DNA of 58,417 nucleotides from a virus (Duplodnaviria; Caudoviricetes): IMG/VR virus record IMGVR_UViG_3300009109_000006, positions 1 to 58,417 of that record; one strand, 5' to 3'. Shown piece by piece: positions 27,166 to 36,420 of this stretch (position 1 is its first letter; each line of letters starts with the position of its first letter). The notes under the pieces were generated by a model. It saw only the letters and a program-made list of their open reading frames with translations, ran no database searches and was not told where the DNA came from. The position numbers and the translations under genes were made by a program.

Positions 27166-28637
27166 TTGGCCATCTCCTCAATAAACCGGTCACGAACTGA
27201 GTCGTTCAGGTTGGCTACGTCGTAGTCACCCTCCAAGTCGTAGCCAAAAGAGTCGTTGATGACAACCGGCCACTTACGCTTGCTTATCAAGTCCACTGCT
27301 GCCAACAAGGCATCGCTCGGACGGTGGTATCCACCGCCCGTGTCCAGCGAAACCACATCGGTGCTGATGTTGAGAGCGCCGTGAACCTGTAGTTCCACAT
27401 AGTTGCCTTCCTCAAACTCCTCGCGCACATACCCGCTGTAGTCCAGCCCCTCCCTGATGGCTCCCTGCACCCCCGGCAAACGGTCCAACCTTAACATCAC
27501 AGTGTCGGCAACTTCTCGCTCCCACAAAGAACTCCCCTGCTTAGTGTTCGCCATGGCTAGGAGCGCCCAGTTGGGGAGAGGAGACTCTTGCACACGGAAC
27601 GCTGTTTGCATCCCAAAAGAGTCGCCAATGGTGACGGTTGCCCTACTCATAGCGCTGGGGCTAAGCGCGAGCCGGTACTCGCCGTACTGCTCCACCTTGC
27701 CGTCCCACTCGTCATGTTCTGAGGTCCGTAAGTACCCGTACACTGGCCGCTGTGTGTTTGTGGCCCCCTGGGGAACATTCATCCCAGTCTCCTCAATAAA
27801 CATTCGCCGCGCGTTGTTGAATCCCACACTGGATGAGCCGCCCGCCTGAAACCCATTGAGGTATTCATCCCCAACCACCGCCTCTAGCAAGTCGTCACTC
27901 CCCACCCTGATTGCTGGTGTGGCGTAGGGGTCGTCAAGTTTGTGCCGGACGGCTGATGCAATCTCAAGCCCTAGTTCTTCGGCGGTCGGCACAACCCCCA
28001 ACTCTTGCGCCCGATCCATGTCCACATCCACCGTTCGGCCCCCATCGTGGATGCCAGTCACTAGCCCCAAGGCCACCAGTGGGGCTGCCTCCTCTTCCCC
28101 CACGCTCGTCACATACCGCACCAGTGTCTCGGTCACCAGAGATTCATAGTCGGCGATATCCACATGAAGCGACTGTTGCACTAGTTGCTTGAAGCCAGCA
28201 GCCTGCTCCTCGGTCCACACGCCCGGCTGGTAGTCCAGGCCCGGAATGTCGGCTGGCTCGTCAAGTGTGCGTTCGGCGTCCGCTTCTCTCAGTTTGTTGT
28301 ACCACCTCTGTCGGCGGTCGATGTCTCGGATGTAGCCCTCCCAATCACGCACTTCCAGGGAGGCTTCTCCACCATCAAACAACTCACCCTGGTCGGGGTC
28401 ACGCCCCATGGCCTCAAGCGCCCTCGCTCTCAGGCCCGACTTAGGGTGGTAATGAGGGCCGCCCGCAGCCCCAGTCACATCCTTGTCTGCTGTGGTGAAC
28501 CGCCCCAACTCGTCGTGGTACGGGTTGAACTTGGAGATTGAGGACGAAAGTCCTAGAGCAGCGTAGGTGTCGTCGGTGCGCTTCGGCCAGTCTTGGTTTT
28601 TGATGGAGTCGTCGAAGTTGACTTTTGGCAGTGTCAT
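27162..28637 (-). CDS. Tagged cargo protein with DUF3626-like (putative ADP-ribosyltransferase-fold) domain
   Basis: Tag at 28491-28532; RPVYGYL, QYGEYRLAL, RATVTIGDS, YVELQVHG. Confidence 0.65.
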   Translation of the reverse strand: MTLPKVNFDDSIKNQDWPKRTDDTYAALGLSSSISKFNPYHDELGRFTTADKDVTGAAGGPHYHPKSGLRARALEAMGRDPDQGELFDGGEASLEVRDWEGYIRDIDRRQRWYNKLREADAERTLDEPADIPGLDYQPGVWTEEQAAGFKQLVQQSLHVDIADYESLVTETLVRYVTSVGEEEAAPLVALGLVTGIHDGGRTVDVDMDRAQELGVVPTAEELGLEIASAVRHKLDDPYATPAIRVGSDDLLEAVVGDEYLNGFQAGGSSSVGFNNARRMFIEETGMNVPQGATNTQRPVYGYLRTSEHDEWDGKVEQYGEYRLALSPSAMSRATVTIGDSFGMQTAFRVQESPLPNWALLAMANTKQGSSLWEREVADTVMLRLDRLPGVQGAIREGLDYSGYVREEFEEGNYVELQVHGALNISTDVVSLDTGGGYHRPSDALLAAVDLISKRKWPVVINDSFGYDLEGDYDVANLNDSVRDRFIEEMAK

Positions 28638-31600
28638 GTCTCCAACACCGTCCTCCCCACATTGTCCGTGTAGGCAATCGTTTGAGCCTCAAAAGGCACC
28701 GTGCCATCCACAATGACCTCACCTTCTGACAAGCACCCCCACCCTTGGCTTGCCACCCCCACAATGGCACTGACTGGCACTTCAGCCTTCACGACATAGG
28801 CAACCTCGTCTGCTTCCACCCCTCCATAACGCATAAATGGGATTGCTGCCGACAAAGACCATGACCAACTGCTAAGCGGCGATGACGCGTTGACAACCTT
28901 GCTGCCAAGTTCAGAATAAGGCGTCGAGCGGCTCTTGGGTATTTGGACCCCCCGGTAGAGAGTGACCGTTTGCTGTGGCCCTCCGACATCTTTCATCGCT
29001 TCCTGTGCAAGACGCTTAGAGGCTGCCAGATACGCCTTGTTGGCAGCACTGCTCATGTGGGCCAACGTCATCACACGAGCAACAAACTTTTCGTCAGAGG
29101 AGGCAAACAGCAAGGTGGAAGCGTTCCTCACAGCCTGAGAAGCCTTGATGGGGCGTGACATGCTATCGGCCACGCTGCCCAAGTTGTGCAGGATCGCGCT
29201 CTCCGCTATCTCCTTACCGTTTTGGTAGTCGTTGTCGCTGAGGCCGTAGAACACACGGCTGCTGATCTCCTCATCAGACCAGCCAGCCTCTTGGGCCGCT
29301 GCCAGTTGGAGTGCCATGGCACCCTCGGAATGATCTCCGGCCGTTTGCGACCAGCGGCCGTGTACTTCTTCCACCAATGCTTCCGCGGCTTCCATCCCAG
29401 TGAGCCAGTAGTCCGGCTCCCAAGCGAGGAACATCTCGTTGACGGCGGCCAGTTCGTCCGGGCGCATTTCAAAGGCAGTGTTAGCAATGCCCTCGGCCTT
29501 GACTCTTGATCTGGTGCGCGTTGACAGGCCCACAACAGCAGTGGAGTTTGAGTTACGTTCGTTCAGGTCCAACTCAACTGTATAGGTCAGTCCCGCACTG
29601 AGATCCCCAGGCTCTCGCACCCAGTCGGTGTAAGTGACGGATGAGCGCACTGCCAGCGAAGGGCCATGTGCAGCCAGCAGTTCGGCTTCCCTTTGGCCCC
29701 AGCCCAGGGCGGTGCTAAGGATTTGGCTAGCGGCCAGCCTTCCCCCGGCTTGATCCGATGACGCTGTTGCCGCCCCAGTGACATTGTTGTCGGCGGTGGT
29801 AAACCTGCCCAGTTCATCATGGTAGGGGTTGAACTTCTTGATGCCCCCAGCCTCAATCTTCCCCCCCCAATATCCCCACTCAATCAGGTCATTGCCTCCA
29901 CTGCGAATAGTGTGGGCTGGAACTTCGGCAGAAAGCACTGCCCAGTTCACTCGGGAAGACACCCACATCCCCTTCCCGCTTTCATCATCTGGCCACACTG
30001 CATCAGCGTCAAAGTATTCATATACTCGGTCCTGGCCGTGCTGCTCGGCATAAGAGCGTGAAAGCGCAACCCAATCTCCTGAGTTGATCGCAGTAGTCCC
30101 CGGCGGGACTGACCTATAAACCGTGACGAGAGCGTCTGGTCGCCCACGCGCATGGCGAATAGCACTCAGCGTTTCCTGCTGTATGGCTCGGTCGCCAAAC
30201 ATATACAGGCTAGGGCTTGTGTAAACATCGTCAGGGAACCAGCCGTCGTCGTCCAGCAAGTCGTAGAGCGGTGCGCTGTCAGCGGATGGCTTGTGCATAC
30301 CTTGGTAAAGGTCGCTGGCCACCCCAGTTACGTCTTTGTCCGCAGTCGTAAACCTCCCTAGTTCATCATGGTAGGGGTTGAACTTGGCAACATCGTCAAA
30401 AGTGTTCACTTCGTTCCCGTAGTTTGAGGACGGCAGTGGGCCACTTGGCTTATCGTTCTCTACATACATCACTGTGCCGTCTGGATTGGGCAAGTACGAC
30501 CCCACCTGCTCGACAACAACAACCCACTCAACACCCTGAGTCTGTTCTCCGGGTGCATAAGTCTTGTGGCCTCGCCCTGGCTCTAGGTAGTCCTTCCACC
30601 CGACTACCTCTGGGTCAACCCCCTTGGGCTGAAAGCGGTCAACGATCTTGAACACACCCTGGGTGATGTGCTCAATAGAACCGTCGAAGCGCCACCCCTT
30701 GTTGGGTGCCCACACTGGGTTGGGATGGACCTGTGGGGCACCGGTGTCGCCCACATAAGACTTGGCCCCAGGCTTTAGGACCACTAGCACTTCCGGGGCA
30801 CCCTTTTCCCTGTCGTTATGCGTAAACCGCATAGCCATGCTTGGGTCAGGGCTAAATGCGGTGAGTGCAGTCCCATATTTGGTGCCGATGGGTGCAGACA
30901 ACAGCGGAGAGGCACGGTCAACATCAGACATCCCACGATGGAGCAAGGGTGAGGTTTCATCAGCCCCTCCAACTGCCCTCATGGCTTCGTATGCCCTGGC
31001 TACAACGCCCCCAACTGCTTCGTCAACAGTCGTCTGGGCACCATAACTTCTCGACCAACGCCATGCGTCATCTCTTTTCTCCCCAGCCCTAAGGCGGTCT
31101 AGGGTCACAGCATCAGCCGCATCGCGTTCACGCATTGCACTGGCGTCGCCGGTAGCAATTGTCTCGCTAAGGGCATCGGTGACATGCTCAACAGACTTTG
31201 GCGGTGGCAGCCCTACGATGGCTGCTGAAGCGTGGCGCAGCCGATAGTTGCCTTCCCAGTAAACCCACTCGTTGTCAAACCGGCCAAGCGCCTCCTCGGC
31301 TGAAGCGGCCCGTGTCTCCAACTGGAGGTCACCATATTGAATGGTGTACTGGACCTCGCCGCCAGCGGACTCTTGCGTTATCGAAGCGCCTTTGCTCCTT
31401 AGCGGCGTTCTGAACAACTCACGCCCTTGAGCGCTCCAGAGTTCCTCAGAGCCAGCGACCGGCGGGAGGTTTCCCCCTGAAATCGTAACGGCATAACGAG
31501 CAGTGGTGAACCTGCCTAGTTCGTCATGGTAGGGGTTGAACTTAGTGACCACCTTGTTGCGTTCTCGGTCATACACCCATTCGTCTGCGATATACGTCTC

Positions 31601-34600
31601 GCCAGTGTTATGAAGATGCTCGGCCATGCCCGCACGCCGGTCGTCTTCACGGCGCTGCCAGTACCGGGCTTCTCTTTGCTTCAGTTCAGCGTGCTGAGCC
31701 GCGGCATTAGGGGTGCCCACTTCCTGAACAAGCCGCTGGAGGTCATTGTTTGGTGCGGTGCCCAAACGACCCAAGGCATCTCTAACTCCAATGGTCCAGT
31801 GTTGTGTTGAAAAGCGCGGCTTGCCCAAACCGATTCGGTCGTACCTTGGGATGTTGGCCCACACGTCAATCGTGGAGTCATAGGGGATTTCACGACTATG
31901 GGCAGCCACTCGGACCGTAACGTCCTGGGTCTCAGTGCCCACACTCACATACTCAGCCTCAGACACTGCTGACTTGCTGTGCCTCGGACTGAAGCCGTGG
32001 TCTTGGAAGGTGCGCTTGATCGCGTTCACAAGACCCTCTGGCGTCCCGTCAAATCCCTGTTCGGGCACTCGCTGACTGCCTGTCGTGTTGTTAGCGGCAG
32101 TCGTAAAGCGCCCTCTGTCATCGTGATATGGGTTGAACTTCACAATCGGCAACGGGAGTCCCAGCGCCTCATAGGTGTCTGGCGTGCGCTTCGGCCAGTC
32201 TTGGTTTTCATCCGTGGCATCAAGGTTGATGGTGGGGATTGCTTTCCTCAGGCTCCCGGCTGGTGCTGGCCTCCCCGCCACACCCTTAGTGATGTCACTG
32301 GCTTGAGTGTCCACCTTGGCAACGAAAGAGTCGCCGTTGACAACCACCTCACCTTCAACAATGCAACCGAAGCCCTGTGAACTCACACCAACGATGGAAC
32401 TGACTGGTATCTCTGCCCGTAATACAACTCCTTCTTGGTCGTAACCCACGGCAAACTTCCGTGCCGTGGGGCGCGACACCGACCACGACGACAGTGGTGA
32501 CGACTTACTACGGATCTTTCCCCCTGTGACAGCCTGCTCGCCGCCGCCGTAAAACTCATCACCAAATAGACTTGCGACAGTTGTATACACACCCCTGAAC
32601 AGGGTGATAGTGGGGGTGTCGCCAACTGCTTCTTTCAGGCGCTTCTGGCTCACCCGCTGGTTGGCTGCTAGCACCGCCTTGTAAGCGGCCCCCAACAACT
32701 CACTATAAATAAAGGTTTGGGCAGTCACAGTGCCTATCGCTCTTGGTGGCGCACCGACAACCGGGCCAGCGACAGCAATGCTCAAGTAAGGGCTAAGTGT
32801 GTCACCCTGCACCACCGTTCTTATGGCTGCACTAGAAGTTTCGTGGTCAAGCAGTCCCGCGGTGTTGCCCCCAGCGTTCGCGATTACCTGCTTGGCTATC
32901 TCACGACCCGCAGCCACCACATCGTTTGGAGTTTCACGAAACACCCGGTTGGAAATCTGTTCGTTGTCCCAACCCTGCATCTCTGCTGCTGCCAACTGTA
33001 TTGCAAGTGCGTGTGGATTGCCACTGGAAGTGGCAGCCCACTGGCTGTGCTGCCTGGCCACGAACTTTTCAGGAGCGTTTGATGTTGTAATAAAGCCGGT
33101 CTTTCTGTTGCCGTAAGTCCCTTGATCTAGTTCTCCGTACAACTCCGCCATGGCCTGCGTACACGCCGCCCGTTCGTCGTCGGTCATCTCATCAGCGATG
33201 GCCTTAGCGCCCCGCCGCTTGATTTCTCTACGCTCGCGCCGAGTGACAACAACCTCAACCTGCGCCCCACGCGTTTGTACGCCCCGAGTAACGGGCTCCC
33301 AACCGGAAATAAACTCAACAGCACCGGCAGGAGCGTCTCTAAGCAACGCCTTGTCAGCACCAGATAGTTTGCCCAGTGATACTTCAGCCATCGAAATGGC
33401 AACTCCCCGGTTGGCCCTCATAGCATTACCACTGGTGGTGACTGCTGCGTCCGCGGTAGTGAACCTGCCCAGTTCGTCGTGATAGGGATTGAACTTGGTA
33501 ACTGCGCTGTAGACCACTGGCGTGGGGCGGCCATTGCGCTCCACCAGTTGCAAGATGGATTCGCCATCTTTGGGGCAAGTGCCCGTGTTGGTTACAGGGG
33601 CAGCAAACCGTTGCATCAACTTGTGAACTGCTGCCGGGCGCGACTTGTTTTCTTGTGCAGCCCCCTTCCTCAACTTGCTTCGCCACTGAAGGTCGTCACG
33701 CCTATCCATGGCGTCGGGCGGTGTGTAGTCACCCCACGACCCGCCACCTTGGCGTGAGGTCCGCTGCTGGGCTTCGTACCACTGCTTGCGGGTGAACTTG
33801 TACTTGCCAAGCGGCGACAAGTAAGCGTCGTTGCCTACCTTGACCACCCGTTGCATTGGATCGGCCTGTGTAGTTGGGGTGTGGCCTCGGCTCAACCCGT
33901 ACAGAACCACTTCTCCACAATCAAAGTCAGCGACCTGAACAGCCACTGCTCTCGCACACTCTTTGCCTAGCACTACCCGCAAATCTCGTGAATAGGCAGG
34001 CAGCGACTCCAGGCTTAGTGGCCCATCATGGGTGGCAAAGCCCGCCTTTGTGACTTCAAGCCCGCTGCCAAACATCTGCTTGAACTTGACGATGCGTGGC
34101 GCTCTCGCCCGGAACAAGACTGCCATCGTGTCAGCGAACTCGGCCCCTGACATGGCAATACCGGTCACAGGGTTCAGTTCGCCACTTCCGGTAGTTTCAA
34201 CCCTGAGCGAAATCCCCAGTGCTTCGTAAGTGTCAGGTGTCCGCTTCGGCCAGTCTTGGTTTTCATCCGTGGCATCAAGGTTGATGGGCAGAATGGCTTT
34301 GTGAACCTCTCCAGCCGGAGCAGGGCCACCAAGGCTTGCACTCTTTTCAAGATCGTCGCCCATCACAATGGCATCAAACGAGTCGCCATTCACAATGACT
34401 TCGCCTTCTGAAATACAGCCGAACCCGTTGGTGCTTAGCCCCACGATAGAACTGATGGGCACCTCTGCCTCTAGGACCACCCCTTTGAGGCCAGCAAATG
34501 TTTCAGCAACAGCCCTAACCGCTGACCATGACGACAGTGGGGCCGACTCACTACGGACTTTGGTGGCCGATGGCAGCCGGTACTCAACATGGGTCGGACT

Positions 34601-36418
34601 GTGGACCACTCGCTCCTTGTCAACCATCACCCCGCGGTACAGCGTGATTGTTTTAGCATCGCCCACTACCCAAGGAAGGTCGTGGCGTGTAGCGCGCTGT
34701 TCTGCTGCCAATACAGCCTTGTTGGCTGCCGCAGCAAACCGATGCTCCACCAGAGCCATGGCCGCAATCTGTGGCGTCACCGGCTGCATCCAGTTGGACG
34801 CCATGACCAGGCTGTCCTGTGGAGGCAGGTGCCGGTTGACAACTTCTTCCTGCCCAGCGCTACTCATTAGCGCCCACGGCGTGGGGTCTTTCTCAACTTG
34901 TGACACTGCCTTATCGGCAGCGGCACGAGCCACTTCCATGCCGCCTGGGTCTAGACCACGAAACACTCGGTTGGCGATCTGCTCACTGTCCCACTCTTGC
35001 ATCTCCGCTGCGGCCAACTGGAGGGCCAGCGATTTTGAGTCGCTATCTCCTGCTGTTTTCGCCCACATATCGTGGCGTTCTGCAACAACTACTTCTGCCA
35101 GGGCCAGCGCATCATTGTTCAGAGTGTCACCCCACTGACTCGCACACACCTCTATTTCTGCGTCAGTCATAAAGCCAGCCACCCATTCGGCACCCCCATC
35201 CTTGATCTCTGCGCGGTCCTCAACTCTAAAGTTGAGCGCGACGACACCATCGTCGCCGTCATCGGACAGGCTGCCAACAGCAGTCTCCTCGCTGCCATCA
35301 AATATGATTATGTCGCCCTCGCGTGCTTCTTCAAGCATCTTTTCTTCAAGCGGGTCTAGTTCCCGACCGCTCATCTGCACGCCCAGCATGGCCATAGCAA
35401 CAACCAACTCTCTGTTGGCGGCAAAAGCGTCACCACTCACACTGCCGCCCCCACGGCCGCCCCTGCCCTCAAACCCCGCAGTAGTCACAGTATTGTCTGC
35501 GGTCGTGAACCGCCCAAGTTCATCGTGATAGGGGTTGAACTTCACAATGTGCTTGGTGATCCCTGGGAATACCAGGCCCATAGCGCACCGGCATTGTGGG
35601 TGAACGTCGGTTGGTACATCCACAGGGCCAGTGTCAGTAGCCCAAGGCTGGTGTAGCCCGACCAGCACGCCGTCCATGGGAGCACACACTGGACACGTTC
35701 GCTCGTCCTGGGCTGTGATCCAGACTCGCTGTGTATCGGCTGGGAGCAACCGTCGCTTCTCTGCCTGATCCCAGAACATCTGCTGGCCGTGGCTTCGTGC
35801 TCTGGCCACTTCGGTGCGCGCAACCATCTTGGCCCTATACGACAAGAGCCGGTTGGCATAGCCGTTAGACAACTTGGCTGCCTGGCTTGGCGCTTGCCCT
35901 TGGTTCAGCAGGTTTTGCTCATACCTTTGGACCGCCACAGCGTGCTGTGGAAGTAGCCCGACATTGCGGCGAATCTGGCGCACCAGTTCATCCCGGTGCA
36001 TCCCTGTGACAATGGCTTCTTCAACTGTGTCTGCGAGAGTACGCATCGTGTTTGACTGGACATCTACAAGAGTTCGGTTTGCCAAATCTCGTGCCACAGT
36101 GATGACTGATGGCTGAGTGACATCCCAAGCCGTCTCAAACCCGACTTCTTTGGCAGTGATGGAGCCAGCGCCCTTCACGGCTTGCTGTACCAGCCGGGCG
36201 ATCTCGTCCGTATTCATGGACAACTGTTCGATACGAGCAGGCAAATCGTCGGGCACGATTTGGCCCTGCTGGAGTTGGCGCATCATGGTGGGCAAATCTC
36301 CGGTGCTGGAGAACTGCTTGATCGCGTCAAAGAAGGCGCGCCGCACCTTCCGCTCCATAGTGTCGGAGTACGCCGACAGTGCCTGGAGGAGTGCGGCCCC
36401 ACTAAAGCGCCGGGGCAT
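28634..36418 (-). CDS. Giant MuF (minor head protein) polyprotein with six tagged modules, several ADP-ribosyltransferase-like
   Basis: MuF motifs ARTE, WITAQDERTCPVC and HPQCRC in aa 1-290; six KFNPYHD tags; three YRG/FRG-SSWS-EGE domains. Confidence 0.88.
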   Translation of the reverse strand: MPRRFSGAALLQALSAYSDTMERKVRRAFFDAIKQFSSTGDLPTMMRQLQQGQIVPDDLPARIEQLSMNTDEIARLVQQAVKGAGSITAKEVGFETAWDVTQPSVITVARDLANRTLVDVQSNTMRTLADTVEEAIVTGMHRDELVRQIRRNVGLLPQHAVAVQRYEQNLLNQGQAPSQAAKLSNGYANRLLSYRAKMVARTEVARARSHGQQMFWDQAEKRRLLPADTQRVWITAQDERTCPVCAPMDGVLVGLHQPWATDTGPVDVPTDVHPQCRCAMGLVFPGITKHIVKFNPYHDELGRFTTADNTVTTAGFEGRGGRGGGSVSGDAFAANRELVVAMAMLGVQMSGRELDPLEEKMLEEAREGDIIIFDGSEETAVGSLSDDGDDGVVALNFRVEDRAEIKDGGAEWVAGFMTDAEIEVCASQWGDTLNNDALALAEVVVAERHDMWAKTAGDSDSKSLALQLAAAEMQEWDSEQIANRVFRGLDPGGMEVARAAADKAVSQVEKDPTPWALMSSAGQEEVVNRHLPPQDSLVMASNWMQPVTPQIAAMALVEHRFAAAANKAVLAAEQRATRHDLPWVVGDAKTITLYRGVMVDKERVVHSPTHVEYRLPSATKVRSESAPLSSWSAVRAVAETFAGLKGVVLEAEVPISSIVGLSTNGFGCISEGEVIVNGDSFDAIVMGDDLEKSASLGGPAPAGEVHKAILPINLDATDENQDWPKRTPDTYEALGISLRVETTGSGELNPVTGIAMSGAEFADTMAVLFRARAPRIVKFKQMFGSGLEVTKAGFATHDGPLSLESLPAYSRDLRVVLGKECARAVAVQVADFDCGEVVLYGLSRGHTPTTQADPMQRVVKVGNDAYLSPLGKYKFTRKQWYEAQQRTSRQGGGSWGDYTPPDAMDRRDDLQWRSKLRKGAAQENKSRPAAVHKLMQRFAAPVTNTGTCPKDGESILQLVERNGRPTPVVYSAVTKFNPYHDELGRFTTADAAVTTSGNAMRANRGVAISMAEVSLGKLSGADKALLRDAPAGAVEFISGWEPVTRGVQTRGAQVEVVVTRRERREIKRRGAKAIADEMTDDERAACTQAMAELYGELDQGTYGNRKTGFITTSNAPEKFVARQHSQWAATSSGNPHALAIQLAAAEMQGWDNEQISNRVFRETPNDVVAAGREIAKQVIANAGGNTAGLLDHETSSAAIRTVVQGDTLSPYLSIAVAGPVVGAPPRAIGTVTAQTFIYSELLGAAYKAVLAANQRVSQKRLKEAVGDTPTITLFRGVYTTVASLFGDEFYGGGEQAVTGGKIRSKSSPLSSWSVSRPTARKFAVGYDQEGVVLRAEIPVSSIVGVSSQGFGCIVEGEVVVNGDSFVAKVDTQASDITKGVAGRPAPAGSLRKAIPTINLDATDENQDWPKRTPDTYEALGLPLPIVKFNPYHDDRGRFTTAANNTTGSQRVPEQGFDGTPEGLVNAIKRTFQDHGFSPRHSKSAVSEAEYVSVGTETQDVTVRVAAHSREIPYDSTIDVWANIPRYDRIGLGKPRFSTQHWTIGVRDALGRLGTAPNNDLQRLVQEVGTPNAAAQHAELKQREARYWQRREDDRRAGMAEHLHNTGETYIADEWVYDRERNKVVTKFNPYHDELGRFTTARYAVTISGGNLPPVAGSEELWSAQGRELFRTPLRSKGASITQESAGGEVQYTIQYGDLQLETRAASAEEALGRFDNEWVYWEGNYRLRHASAAIVGLPPPKSVEHVTDALSETIATGDASAMRERDAADAVTLDRLRAGEKRDDAWRWSRSYGAQTTVDEAVGGVVARAYEAMRAVGGADETSPLLHRGMSDVDRASPLLSAPIGTKYGTALTAFSPDPSMAMRFTHNDREKGAPEVLVVLKPGAKSYVGDTGAPQVHPNPVWAPNKGWRFDGSIEHITQGVFKIVDRFQPKGVDPEVVGWKDYLEPGRGHKTYAPGEQTQGVEWVVVVEQVGSYLPNPDGTVMYVENDKPSGPLPSSNYGNEVNTFDDVAKFNPYHDELGRFTTADKDVTGVASDLYQGMHKPSADSAPLYDLLDDDGWFPDDVYTSPSLYMFGDRAIQQETLSAIRHARGRPDALVTVYRSVPPGTTAINSGDWVALSRSYAEQHGQDRVYEYFDADAVWPDDESGKGMWVSSRVNWAVLSAEVPAHTIRSGGNDLIEWGYWGGKIEAGGIKKFNPYHDELGRFTTADNNVTGAATASSDQAGGRLAASQILSTALGWGQREAELLAAHGPSLAVRSSVTYTDWVREPGDLSAGLTYTVELDLNERNSNSTAVVGLSTRTRSRVKAEGIANTAFEMRPDELAAVNEMFLAWEPDYWLTGMEAAEALVEEVHGRWSQTAGDHSEGAMALQLAAAQEAGWSDEEISSRVFYGLSDNDYQNGKEIAESAILHNLGSVADSMSRPIKASQAVRNASTLLFASSDEKFVARVMTLAHMSSAANKAYLAASKRLAQEAMKDVGGPQQTVTLYRGVQIPKSRSTPYSELGSKVVNASSPLSSWSWSLSAAIPFMRYGGVEADEVAYVVKAEVPVSAIVGVASQGWGCLSEGEVIVDGTVPFEAQTIAYTDNVGRTVLET

Positions 36419-36420
36419 GG

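Noticed and set aside
28634-36418. Diversity-generating retroelement or intein explanation for the modular giant ORF
   Set aside because: No reverse transcriptase, no adenine-specific TR/VR pair, and no intein terminal motifs were seen.
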